Shown: positions 28,673 to 38,299, counted from the first letter of the stretch. The stretch: 64,000 nt of DNA from Armatimonadota bacterium (GCA_037443365.1 JBBIOM010000004.1:32001-96000), one strand, 5' to 3'. A program made the numbers and translations. Notes: generated from the letters alone by a model not told the origin.

Positions 28673-29125
28673 CTAGATCCTGATGTCAACGATCGCCGAG
28701 ACGCCCACTCCCTGCACGCGCCGCAGCGACTCCCATGGCTTGAGGTTGTCCACGGGCACCAGCGCCTTGATGCGGAACGCCGCCTGGAAGTCCGCCTCAA
28801 GCATGGCCACGGCCTGCACGCGGTCAACCGCGGTCTTGGGCCCGGCGACCTGGGCGGCCCCCACGTACGCGCCCCCGGGCGAGGACGTGCCGATTGCGAT
28901 GCTCAGGATGGGCACGACCTTCGTTTGCTCGCGCACCGCCACGCCGCGGTTCTGCAGGAGGTCGTTGATGAACGAGTTGATCTGGGGAGCGAACGTGCGC
29001 ACGGCGTACCCGATGCCCAGCGTCTTGATGATGCCGAATATGTCCTGCCCGCTGACACCGACGGCCGTCACCCCGACAAGTGCCGCCACCGCAAGAATCA
29101 CCGTCCCGGCGCGTGCCATTCGCAT
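28673..29125 (-). CDS. Hypothetical exported protein
   Basis: AGGAGG RBS, signal-peptide-like N-terminus, protein-like composition (TKVVPILSI, YVGAAQVAGP, GVGVSAIVDIRI). Confidence 0.7.
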   Translation of the reverse strand: MRMARAGTVILAVAALVGVTAVGVSGQDIFGIIKTLGIGYAVRTFAPQINSFINDLLQNRGVAVREQTKVVPILSIAIGTSSPGGAYVGAAQVAGPKTAVDRVQAVAMLEADFQAAFRIKALVPVDNLKPWESLRRVQGVGVSAIVDIRI

Positions 29126-29256
29126 TGTTCGCCTCCTGACGCCCGAGGTGCGCGGGTTTGTTGTGGTTCTCTACCGGTGTTACGCAGCGCGGCCGCGGCA
29201 TGTTCCCGAGGCCGTGCGGATCAACAGCAAGCACCCTGCTGTGGTAGCATGATGGG

Positions 29257-31917
29257 GTGACCCGCGATTCCTCGCTCACACCGATGATGCGCCAGTATCA
29301 GGAGCTGAAGGCCCGCCATCCGGGCGCGCTTCTCATGTTCCGGCTGGGCGACTTCTACGAACTGTTCTTTGACGACGCGCGGGTGGCGGCGCGTGAGCTC
29401 GAGATCGTGCTGACCTCGCGCGAGGTGGGCAAGGGGCGGCGCGTGCCGATGTGCGGGGTTCCCCACCACGCGTTGACCGGCCACCTGGCGCGGCTAGTGG
29501 AACGCGGGTACAGGGTGGCCATCTGCGACCAGGTCGAGGACCCGCGCAAGGCCCGTGGGCTGGTTCGACGGGAAGTGACGCGCGTCGTGACGCCCGGCAC
29601 CGTCATGGACGCCGCGCTGCTTCCGGCGCGCGAGCATCGCTATCTGGCTTCGTTGGGGGGCGGCGATGGCGCCTGGGGGCTGGCCGCGGTGGATCTCTCT
29701 ACCGGCGACTTCCTGGCGACGGAGATTCGGGGCCCGGACGCGGACCGCCGCCTAGCCGACGAGTTAGCCCGGCTGGATCCGCGCGAGATCCTGGTCCCCG
29801 CCGGCGCTGTCCCGTCCGGCGGGGAAGGTGGGGCGGAGCAGATCGCCTCGGGCCGGTGGACGCAGTACGACGCCTGGCGCTTCGATCCCGGGGTGGCGCG
29901 TCGGGCCCTGCGCGAGCACTTCGGCGTTGCCACGCTGGATGGCTTCGGCTGCGAGGGGCTGGCCCTGGCCACGTCCGCGGCCGGCGCGCTGGTCGGGTAC
30001 CTCCGGGGGACGCAGCAGGGTCCGCTTGCGCACCTGCGCGGTCTTCGCGTGTACTCCAGCGAGTCGGTCCTCGACGTGGACGAGATAACGCGCCGGAACC
30101 TCGAGCTCCTGCGCGGGCGCGGCGACGGCGGCACCCGCCACACCCTGATCGGCGCGCTGGACGAAACCGCGACCGCCATGGGCGGGCGGCTGCTCAGGGA
30201 GTGGCTGCTGCGCCCGCTCGTTGAGCCGGAAGGCATCGCGTCCAGGCACGCCGCCGTGGGCGCCGCGCTTGGGGAGCGCGGACGCAGGGAGACCGTGCGC
30301 AAGACGCTGCGCGCGATGCCTGACATCGCGCGCCTGGTGGGCAGGATCGGCCACGGGTCGGCAGGGCCCCGCGACCTATGCGCCCTGCGCGAAGGGCTCA
30401 ATCTGCTCCCGGCGCTGCGCGCGGAGGTGGAACGCCTGCCCGACGCGCGCTTTGCCCGCCTGGCAGGGGCGATGGACCCGCACGCCGATGTCGCTGATCA
30501 CATCGCCAGGGCCCTCGTGGACGATCCCCCAGCCGGGTTGCGCGACGGCGGGTTGATCCGGGAGGGGTACGATCCGGCGCTCGATCGGCTCCGCGAGGCC
30601 GCCTCGGGCGGCAAGGCCTGGATAGCCGGCCTGGAGGCCTCCGAGCGCGAGCGCACCGGCATTCGCTCTCTGCGCGTGGGCTTTAACAAGGTCTTCGGGT
30701 ACTACATCGAGGTCTCCAACGCCAACCGTCACCTGGTGCCGGAGGAGTACATTCGCAAGCAGACGCTGACCGGCGCCGAGCGCTACATCACGCCCGAGAT
30801 GAAGGAGCGCGAGGCCGCCATCCTGGGAGCCGAGGAACGCATCGCCGCGCTCGAGCTCGAGCTGTTCGCCGCGCTGCGCGGGTCGGTGGCCGGCCGCGCC
30901 CACTCCCTGCTGGAGGCGGCCGCGGCGCTGGCCGAGGCCGATGTGCTGCTGGCGCTGGCCGAGGGCGCAGAGAGGTGGGGCTACGTCAGGCCGGAGATCA
31001 CGGCCGAGCCGGTGCTCGATATCCGTGAGGGAAGACACCCGGTCCTGGAGCGCCTGCTGGAAGGCGAGCGGTTCGTGCCCAACAGCCTGAGCCTGGACGT
31101 GCGCGACCGAGGGCTGCTGATCGTCACGGGCCCCAACATGGCGGGCAAGAGCACGCTGCTGCGTCAAGCGGCGCTCATCACGATCATGGCGCAGATGGGC
31201 TCGTTCGTCCCGGCCGCCTGGGCGCGCATCGGTGTAACCGACCGGATCTTTACGCGGGTGGGCGCCACGGACGAAATCGCCTCGGGCCGGAGCACCTTCC
31301 TGGTGGAGATGCAGGAAGTGTCGCGCATACTGCACGGCGCCACCGGGCGCAGCCTGATACTCCTGGACGAGGTCGGGCGCGGAACGAGCACCTACGACGG
31401 CATGAGCCTGGCCTGGGCCGTGGTCGAGTACCTTCACGACCGCATCGGCGCGCGCACGCTGTTCGCCACGCACTTCCACGAGCTCACGGAGCTGGCGGAG
31501 ATGCTGCCCCGCGTGCACAACATCGCCATGCAGGTGCAGGAGCAGGGGGAGCGGATAGTGTTCCTCCACACGGTGGCCGAGGGGCGGGCCGACCGGTCGT
31601 ACGGCATTCACGTCGCGCGACTGGCCGGAATCCCAGACGAGGTCATCGCGCAGGCGCGCCGCATCCTGGCGCAGCTCGAGGCGGCCGCGGCCCGACCCGG
31701 CGAGGCCGATGCCCCGCCCACGCCCTCGCGGGCGCGGCGGTCCAGGCAGTTGCCGCTGGCCCTCGAGCTCGCCTCCCCCCTCGAGGAGGAACTCCTGGAC
31801 CTGGCCGTCGAGACCATGACCCCGCTGGAGGCGCTGCGGGTTTTGGCTGACCTGCGCGAGCGAGCGCGCGTGCGGCGCTCCGGATCCTCGGACCGCCGCG
31901 AACGGCGCCTGCAATGA
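29257..31917 (+). CDS. mutS: DNA mismatch repair protein MutS
   Basis: TPMMRQY, FRLGDFYELF, GPNMAGKST, STFLVEM, LDEVGRGTST and SYGIHVA motifs. Confidence 0.98.
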   Translation: MTRDSSLTPMMRQYQELKARHPGALLMFRLGDFYELFFDDARVAARELEIVLTSREVGKGRRVPMCGVPHHALTGHLARLVERGYRVAICDQVEDPRKARGLVRREVTRVVTPGTVMDAALLPAREHRYLASLGGGDGAWGLAAVDLSTGDFLATEIRGPDADRRLADELARLDPREILVPAGAVPSGGEGGAEQIASGRWTQYDAWRFDPGVARRALREHFGVATLDGFGCEGLALATSAAGALVGYLRGTQQGPLAHLRGLRVYSSESVLDVDEITRRNLELLRGRGDGGTRHTLIGALDETATAMGGRLLREWLLRPLVEPEGIASRHAAVGAALGERGRRETVRKTLRAMPDIARLVGRIGHGSAGPRDLCALREGLNLLPALRAEVERLPDARFARLAGAMDPHADVADHIARALVDDPPAGLRDGGLIREGYDPALDRLREAASGGKAWIAGLEASERERTGIRSLRVGFNKVFGYYIEVSNANRHLVPEEYIRKQTLTGAERYITPEMKEREAAILGAEERIAALELELFAALRGSVAGRAHSLLEAAAALAEADVLLALAEGAERWGYVRPEITAEPVLDIREGRHPVLERLLEGERFVPNSLSLDVRDRGLLIVTGPNMAGKSTLLRQAALITIMAQMGSFVPAAWARIGVTDRIFTRVGATDEIASGRSTFLVEMQEVSRILHGATGRSLILLDEVGRGTSTYDGMSLAWAVVEYLHDRIGARTLFATHFHELTELAEMLPRVHNIAMQVQEQGERIVFLHTVAEGRADRSYGIHVARLAGIPDEVIAQARRILAQLEAAAARPGEADAPPTPSRARRSRQLPLALELASPLEEELLDLAVETMTPLEALRVLADLRERARVRRSGSSDRRERRLQ

Positions 31918-33605
31918 GCCGGATTCGTGTGCTGGAGAGATCGGTCGCCGAGCGGATCGCAGCGGGTGAGGTGATTGAGCGGCCGGCCTCGGTCGTCAAG
32001 GAACTGGTGGAGAACAGCCTGGATGCGCGGGCCGGCACGATCACGGTGGAGATCGAGGGCGCGGGCCTCCGTCTGATCCGCGTGACAGACGACGGTGAGG
32101 GGATCCCTTCCGACCAGGCGGGCCTTGCGTTCGAGCGATTCGCCACCAGCAAGATCACAGGCGTTGAGGATCTGGAGCGCGTAACGAGCCACGGTTTCAG
32201 GGGCGAGGCCCTCCCCAGCATCGCGGCGGTCTCACGCGTGACGCTGACGACCCGCACGCATGACGCTCCCAGCGCGGTGCGCGTAACGATCGCCGGGGGC
32301 GAACTCCTCGCAGCCGGCGCGCAGGGCGCGCCGGTCGGCACAGCGGTCGAGGTGGTCTCGCTGTTCTACAACACCCCGGCCCGCATGAAGTTCCTGCGCT
32401 CTCCCGCGCGCGAGGGGGCGCTTGTCGCCGAGGCACTGCAGCACGCGGGGATGGCGCACCCGGAGGTGTCGTTCCGGCTCGTGGCGGACGGCCGCGAGGC
32501 CGCGTGGTGGCCGCGCGCGGAGGCCGCCGAACGCGTGGCAGAACTGATGGCAGCCGGCAGCCTCGAGGAGTTGATCCTGGCCCGGGGCACCGTGCCCGGG
32601 GGCGCCTTCCGCGCGTGGCTGGCTCGCCCTGAGCGGGGTCGGCCCAACCGGGCCGGCCAGCACCTGTTCGTCAACCGGCGTCCTGTAAGCAGCGCCATGC
32701 TGCGGAAGGCCGTGGAAGTGGGCTACGCGCAGCTGATGCCTGTCGGCCGGTTCCCGGCCTTTGCGCTCTTCTTGGAGATGGATCCCGCGGCGTTGGACGT
32801 CAACGTTCACCCCCGCAAGATGGAGGTGAGGTTCAGGGACGAGCCTCGCCTGTTCGGCGCCGTGGCGCATGGCATCCGGGAAGCGCTGCTCGCCAGCCCG
32901 CTGATTCGAAGCGCGCCTCTGCCAGCCCCGTCAGGGCCGCCCGTTGGCGTCGAGGTCCGCGCGCTGCTGCCAGAGGCATGGGAGGCCGCGGCGCGCGAGA
33001 CCGCCGCGACCTACGCTCCAGGCACATACCGGCGCCTGCCCGCGCTGCACCCGATCGGGCAGCTGCTGGGCACCTACATACTGGCCGAGGGAGAGGCCGG
33101 CCTCTACCTGATTGACCAGCACGCCGCGCACGAACGCGTCCTCTACGAGCGCCTCATCGCAGCCCGCCGCGCCGGCACCGTCGCAAGCCAGGGTCTGGTG
33201 GTGCCGCTGACCGTGGAGCTCGCTCCAGCGCAGATGGCACTGCTGGCCGGTTACACCGAGCGTCTCGCCGAGATGGGATTCCAGGTCGAGCCGTTCGGCG
33301 CCAGGACCGCGATCCTTCGGGCGGCACCCGCAGGGCTCCCGGGCGAGGGAGGCACGCACCTCCTGCTGCGCGCGCTCTCAGGCCTCGAGGACGCCAGGGA
33401 GGGGGAGGACCCCTCGGAGAGGATAGCCATCGCCGCGGCCTGCCACAGCGCGATCCGCGCCGGCGACCGCCTGTCTCCGGTGGCGATTTCGACGTTGCTC
33501 GCCGACCTCTGCGCGGCCGAGGATCCCTACACGTGCTTCCACGGCCGCCCCACGATCATCGCGCTGCCCCGCGAGCAGATCGAAAGATGGTTCCTGCGGG
33601 GGTAG
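31914..33605 (+). CDS. mutL: DNA mismatch repair endonuclease MutL
   Basis: IAAGEVIERPASVVKELVENS, GFRGEAL, endonuclease motifs DQHAAHERVLYE, ACH and CFHGRP. Confidence 0.97.
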   Translation: MSRIRVLERSVAERIAAGEVIERPASVVKELVENSLDARAGTITVEIEGAGLRLIRVTDDGEGIPSDQAGLAFERFATSKITGVEDLERVTSHGFRGEALPSIAAVSRVTLTTRTHDAPSAVRVTIAGGELLAAGAQGAPVGTAVEVVSLFYNTPARMKFLRSPAREGALVAEALQHAGMAHPEVSFRLVADGREAAWWPRAEAAERVAELMAAGSLEELILARGTVPGGAFRAWLARPERGRPNRAGQHLFVNRRPVSSAMLRKAVEVGYAQLMPVGRFPAFALFLEMDPAALDVNVHPRKMEVRFRDEPRLFGAVAHGIREALLASPLIRSAPLPAPSGPPVGVEVRALLPEAWEAAARETAATYAPGTYRRLPALHPIGQLLGTYILAEGEAGLYLIDQHAAHERVLYERLIAARRAGTVASQGLVVPLTVELAPAQMALLAGYTERLAEMGFQVEPFGARTAILRAAPAGLPGEGGTHLLLRALSGLEDAREGEDPSERIAIAAACHSAIRAGDRLSPVAISTLLADLCAAEDPYTCFHGRPTIIALPREQIERWFLRG

Positions 33606-34552
33606 ACGCCCTCGATCGCCTTGCCGTGCTGTGCGGCCCCACCGCGGTGGGCAAGACCGCGGTGAGCGTCGCGCTGGCCGAGCGCCTGGATGCCGAGGTG
33701 ATCGCGGCCGATTCCCGCACCGTCTACCGGGGGGCCGACATCGGCACGGCCAAGCCGACCCCGGATGATCGCCGGCGTGTACGGCACCACCTGCTCGACG
33801 TCGTGGATCCGAAGGAGGCGTTCACCCTGGCCGACTACCAGCGCCTGGCTTACCAGGCGCTGGTCGAGATCCGCGGGCGAGGACGCCTGCCACTCCTGGT
33901 CGGGGGGGCAGGGCTCTACATCCGCGCGGTTGTGGACGGGTTCTCCCTCCCGCCGGTACCTCCGGACCACGCACTGCGCGCGGGGCTGGAGGCCGACGAA
34001 CGAGTGCACGGTCCCGGGCACCTGCACGCGCGCCTCGCCGCCCTTGATCCGGTCGCGGCCTCCCGCCTTCACCCGCGCAACCTGCGCCGCATCATCCGCG
34101 CGCTCGAGGTCGTGCTGCGCACCGGCCGCCCGATCTCGGAACAGCAGCGGCAGGACGGGGTTCGCCCCGGCGCCCTCTCGATGGTGGGGCTCACGATGGA
34201 GCGTGGTGTGCTCTATCGCAGGATCGACGCGCGCGTCGAGGCGCAGATGGCTTGCGGGCTGGAGGAGGAGACCCGGCGCCTCTTGGAGCAGGGAGTACCC
34301 CTGACCTCTTCGCTCATGCGGTCGCTCGGGTACCGCGAGATGGCCGCCCGTCTCGCGGGCGCCTGCGACACCGCACATGCCGTCCGGCTCCTGAAGCGCA
34401 ACACCCGCCGCTACGCCAAGCGGCAGCTCACCTGGTTTGGGCGCGACGCAAGGATCCAGTGGGTGGATTCAACAGGTCTTCCGCCCTGGCACTTGGCCGA
34501 GCGCGTGCATGGTATCATGATCTCAACACTTCGTGCAGGCAGGGAGGCGTGA
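33587..34552 (+). CDS. miaA: tRNA dimethylallyltransferase
   Basis: GPTAVGKT, DSRTVYRGADIGTAKP, VGGAGLY and YAKRQLTW motifs. Confidence 0.95.
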   Translation: MVPAGVDALDRLAVLCGPTAVGKTAVSVALAERLDAEVIAADSRTVYRGADIGTAKPTPDDRRRVRHHLLDVVDPKEAFTLADYQRLAYQALVEIRGRGRLPLLVGGAGLYIRAVVDGFSLPPVPPDHALRAGLEADERVHGPGHLHARLAALDPVAASRLHPRNLRRIIRALEVVLRTGRPISEQQRQDGVRPGALSMVGLTMERGVLYRRIDARVEAQMACGLEEETRRLLEQGVPLTSSLMRSLGYREMAARLAGACDTAHAVRLLKRNTRRYAKRQLTWFGRDARIQWVDSTGLPPWHLAERVHGIMISTLRAGREA

Positions 34553-35709
34553 TGCGGTCAGCGCGAGTCCAGCGAATCGGCGCTTACATGTTCGCCGACC
34601 TCGATCGCAGGCAGGCGGAGTTGCAGGCCAGGGGGGTGGACGTCATCAATCTCGGCGTGGGCGATCCCGATCTGCCCACCCCGTCCCACATAGTCCGCGC
34701 GCTCGAGGAAGGCGCGCGGGATCCGGTCACCCACCGATACCCGCCGTACCGCGGAGCGGCGCAGTTGCTGCGCGCGGCGGCCGACTGGATGGGTGCGCGG
34801 TTCGGGGTGAAGGTGGATCCCGAGCGCGAGGTCCTGGTGCTCATCGGCTCGAAGGAGGGCCTGGCGCACCTGCCCTGGGCGGTGATGAACCCCGGGGAGG
34901 TCGCACTGGTACCTGACCCGGGGTACCCGATCTACCGCTCCTCGGTGATCCTGGCCGAGGGGGAGCCGGTAGCGGTGCCGCTGGAGGCCGGCCAGGGGTT
35001 CCTGCCCGACTTCGGGCGCATCCCCGGGCACGTCCTGGCACGCGCGCGGCTGCTCTTCCTCAACTATCCCAACAACCCCACGGGCGCAACCGCAGACCTA
35101 GAGTTCTTCGCGCGCGCAGTCGAGTTCGCGCGGGCCCACAGGCTGCTCGTCGTGCACGACAACTCCTACTGCGAGATCGCCTACGACGGCTACAGGCCCC
35201 CGAGCATCCTGCAGGTGGACGGTGCACGCGAAGTGGCGGTAGAGATGTACTCGCTGTCCAAGTCGTTCAACATGACCGGGTGGCGTGTTGGGTTCGCGGT
35301 CGGGAACTCCGAGGCGGTGGACTCCCTGGGCATGCTCAAGACCAACGTGGACTCCGGGGTCTTCCAAGCCGTGCAGCATGCCGCGGTGGCTGCGCTCAAC
35401 GGACCGCAGGACGTGATCGAGCCCACGCTCGCGACCTATCGCGCGCGCAGGGATCGGCTCGTCGCGGCCCTGCGCGCGGTCGGGTGGTCGCCGCCAGTGC
35501 CCAGGGCGACGCTGTACGTCTGGATGCCGACCCCAGGCGGCGTCCCGTCCGCGGACTTCGCCGCCGAGGTCCTGGAGCGTACCGGCGTGGTGATCACCCC
35601 CGGAAGCGGATACGGCGCTTGCGGCGAGGGGTATGTGCGCCTCTCGCTCACCACCCCGGACAAACGGCTGGATGAGGCGCTTGGGCGCATTCGGAAGGCC
35701 TATGGATAG
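34552..35709 (+). CDS. dapL: LL-diaminopimelate aminotransferase-like class I/II aminotransferase
   Basis: LGVGDPDLPTP, LIGSKEG, NYPNNPTGA, SLSKSFNMTGWRVG and KTNVDSG motifs. Confidence 0.8.
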   Translation: MRSARVQRIGAYMFADLDRRQAELQARGVDVINLGVGDPDLPTPSHIVRALEEGARDPVTHRYPPYRGAAQLLRAAADWMGARFGVKVDPEREVLVLIGSKEGLAHLPWAVMNPGEVALVPDPGYPIYRSSVILAEGEPVAVPLEAGQGFLPDFGRIPGHVLARARLLFLNYPNNPTGATADLEFFARAVEFARAHRLLVVHDNSYCEIAYDGYRPPSILQVDGAREVAVEMYSLSKSFNMTGWRVGFAVGNSEAVDSLGMLKTNVDSGVFQAVQHAAVAALNGPQDVIEPTLATYRARRDRLVAALRAVGWSPPVPRATLYVWMPTPGGVPSADFAAEVLERTGVVITPGSGYGACGEGYVRLSLTTPDKRLDEALGRIRKAYG

Positions 35710-35787
35710 GCCGCAGCAGGTGAGGGGGTCGGGATAATCGCCGGCATCTGGGGACTGCCTCGCAGCGCGTCGCCGACCCACCGCCGG

Positions 35788-37563
35788 ATGCTGGAGGCAC
35801 TCACAAGGCGCAGAGCACCGGTGAACCGCCTGGCCGGCGCAGATGTCGTCGAGATCCTCGCGCACCTGGCCCACGCGATGCGCCGCGAGGTGGGCGTGCT
35901 CCTGGACCGCAACGGCGCGGTGGCGCACGGGATCGTAAGCCGGCGCTGGCAGCCCCTCGCCGAGGAGATGGCCCGGCAGGCAGGGGAGCGCCGGGCCTTG
36001 CTGCGGTACGTTGAGGCGCACCCTCACTCCGACGGCCGGCCCGACGAGGGCGACGCCCAGGCCCTGGAGCGTCTCGGGCTGGATCTGGTGGTCACGGTGG
36101 GAACCAGCCGCGGCCGCCCGACCGGCTTCTGGCTCCTCGAGCACGCCCGCGCCGGAACTGCCCAGGGCCGCGCCGCGACGAGCGTGGGCGGTCCATACGC
36201 GCTCGACTTGCTCGACGAGATGGAGCTGGGGCCGCTCGTACGCGCGGCCGACGCCGCCCGACGGCGGTCCGGCGCGCGCCCGACGACCGCCGCGCGTCCG
36301 GAGCGCGCGGTCCTGATCGCCCTCGACCGTTCAGGCGACGCGGCCGCCTCGCTGCAAGAGCTGCGCAGCCTGGCCATCACGGCCGGCGCAGACCCGGTCG
36401 CTGCAGTGATCCAACACCGCGCGCGCCCCAGCCCGGGGCGCTATCTGGGAAAGGGCAAGGTGAACGAGGTCCTGCGCGCCACCGAGGCGCAGAGCGCCGA
36501 TCTCGTGGTGGCCGACGACGAGCTCACCCCCGTGCAGCAGCGCACGCTGGAGGACGATCTCGGGGTGAAGGTGCTGGACCGCACCGCGCTCGTGCTCGAC
36601 ATATTCGCGCGCCGCGCCCGCAGCCGCGAGGGACGGCTGCAGGTCGAGCTCGCGCAGCTCAGTTATCTGCTGCCGCGCCTGACCGGCCGCGGGGTGCTTC
36701 TCTCGCGGCTGGGAGGCGGAATCGGCACGCGCGGCCCAGGCGAGACGAAGCTGGAGGTGGATCGCCGGCGCATCCGCGCGCGGATCACCGAGCTGACGCG
36801 CGAGATCGAGGACATTCGGCAGCACCGCCAGCGGCAGCGCGGGCCGCGACGCGACGCCGCCCTGCCCCAGGTGGCGATCGTGGGCTACACGAACGCCGGC
36901 AAGTCCACGCTCCTCAACGCGCTCACCGGAGCCGGGGCATTCGTGGAGGACAAGCTCTTCGCCACGCTGGACCCGATGGTGCGGCGCCGGGTGCTGCCCG
37001 ACGGACGGCCGATTGTCCTGGCCGACACGGTAGGCTTCATCCGGCGGTTGCCCACCCAGCTGGTCGCGGCGTTTCGCGCCACGCTGGAGGAGGTGGTGCA
37101 GGCCGACCTGCTGTTGCACGTGGCCGATGCCAGCCATCCTGACTGGCCGGCTCAGGTGCGGGTGGTGGAGGAGGTCCTGGCCTCGCTGGGAGCCGGAGGT
37201 CTTCCCGCGATCCTCGTCCTGAACAAGACCGACCTGCTGCCCCCAGAAGAGGTCCGCTCGCTGATCGCCGCGCACCCACACGCGGTGTGCGTCTCAGCGG
37301 CGCAGGGCCGCGGACTGCCCGAACTGCTCCTGGCAGTCGAACGGTACCTACCCGAGCCGTGGGTGAGGGTGCGCCTGCGCGTGCCCTACCCCAACGCGCG
37401 GCTCGCGGCGCAGATACACGCCCAGGGGAGGGTGCTCCAAGAGAGTTACGGGGAGGAGGGGGTCCTGATCGAGGCCGAGGTCCCTGGACCGCTCGCGGTG
37501 CAACTGCGCACGCTGCGGAACCCTAGGCGGAGTGCGCGAGCGCGCCGGAGGGCGTCAGACTAG
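35788..37563 (+). CDS. hflX: GTPase HflX, long form (true start may be a non-canonical codon at 35734)
   Basis: GIGTRGPGETKLE, GYTNAGKST, LFATLD, DTVGFI and NKTD motifs; N-terminal extension of about 170 aa. Confidence 0.92.
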   Translation: MLEALTRRRAPVNRLAGADVVEILAHLAHAMRREVGVLLDRNGAVAHGIVSRRWQPLAEEMARQAGERRALLRYVEAHPHSDGRPDEGDAQALERLGLDLVVTVGTSRGRPTGFWLLEHARAGTAQGRAATSVGGPYALDLLDEMELGPLVRAADAARRRSGARPTTAARPERAVLIALDRSGDAAASLQELRSLAITAGADPVAAVIQHRARPSPGRYLGKGKVNEVLRATEAQSADLVVADDELTPVQQRTLEDDLGVKVLDRTALVLDIFARRARSREGRLQVELAQLSYLLPRLTGRGVLLSRLGGGIGTRGPGETKLEVDRRRIRARITELTREIEDIRQHRQRQRGPRRDAALPQVAIVGYTNAGKSTLLNALTGAGAFVEDKLFATLDPMVRRRVLPDGRPIVLADTVGFIRRLPTQLVAAFRATLEEVVQADLLLHVADASHPDWPAQVRVVEEVLASLGAGGLPAILVLNKTDLLPPEEVRSLIAAHPHAVCVSAAQGRGLPELLLAVERYLPEPWVRVRLRVPYPNARLAAQIHAQGRVLQESYGEEGVLIEAEVPGPLAVQLRTLRNPRRSARARRRASD

Positions 37564-38172
37564 GCGCCTGAGCAAGGCGATCGCCTTGCCCTCAATGATG
37601 ACGCCATCGGCGTAGGTCGGGGCCATGGCCGCGTTGGCCGGCTGCAGCCGGATCCGGCTGCCCTCGCGGAAGAACTGCTTCACCGTCGCCTCATCCCCCA
37701 GTCGCGCCACAACGACGTCGCCGTTTGCGGCGGTGGGCTGGCGCCGCACGACCAGGAGGTCGCCTTCGAAGATGCCGGCCTCGATCATGCTGTCCCCGCG
37801 CACGCGCAGCAGGAAGGCCTCATCCCCGCCCGTCCACGCGGCAGGGACCGGCACGTAGTCCTCGATGTTCTGATCCGCGAGAATCGGCTCGCCTGCGGCC
37901 ACGCGCCCCACCAGCGGCAGGGCGACCCCTGACTGAGGCCTGCCTGAGCCGGCGACGCCGCGGCGCAGTTCCAGGGCGCGCGGCTTGCTGGGATCGCGAC
38001 GTATGTATCCCTTGCGCTCGAGCGCGGCCAGGTGACTGTGGACGGTCGAGCTGCTCGTCAGTCCCATGGCCAGCCCGATCTCGCGCACCGAGGGCGGATA
38101 CCCGCGCGACTCCACGAACCGCACAACGAACGCGAGGATCTCCTGCTGTCGCTTCGTGAGCCCGGACGCCAT
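37555..38172 (-). CDS. lexA: SOS repressor LexA
   Basis: GYPPSVREIG HTH, VAAG cleavage site, GDSM and TVK catalytic motifs. Confidence 0.97.
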   Translation of the reverse strand: MASGLTKRQQEILAFVVRFVESRGYPPSVREIGLAMGLTSSSTVHSHLAALERKGYIRRDPSKPRALELRRGVAGSGRPQSGVALPLVGRVAAGEPILADQNIEDYVPVPAAWTGGDEAFLLRVRGDSMIEAGIFEGDLLVVRRQPTAANGDVVVARLGDEATVKQFFREGSRIRLQPANAAMAPTYADGVIIEGKAIALLRRLV

Positions 38173-38201
38173 GGCCGCCTCCTGGAGAGATCCTGGCTAT
38201 G

Positions 38202-38240
38202 ATGATAGCAGACCCGGGCCCGCATGCAAACACGCGTTCG
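38202..38240 (-). promoter_or_regulatory. lexA promoter with an autoregulatory SOS box
   Basis: Minus strand TTGCAT (38224-38229), 16-bp spacer, TATCAT (38202-38207) with TGn extension; CGAACGCGTGTTTG at 38227-38240 overlaps the -35. Confidence 0.8.
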
Positions 38241-38271
38241 GTGCTTGTGGGCCCAGGGGCGACCCCGGATT

Positions 38272-38299
38272 ACTTCGCATAATGTCTCTTATGTTAAGT
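38272..38299 (+). other. dif-like XerC/XerD chromosome dimer resolution site
   Basis: ACTTCGCATAA-TGTCTC-TTATGTTAAGT has 11-6-11 architecture close to E. coli GGTGCGCATAA-TGTATA-TTATGTTAAAT; intergenic; sits at the coding-strand switch. Confidence 0.9.

Noticed and set aside
35707-35709. TAG read-through fusing dapL to in-frame hflX (pyrrolysine-type)
   Set aside because: DapL is complete at the TAG, there are no pyl genes in the window, and a shared frame arises by chance one time in three
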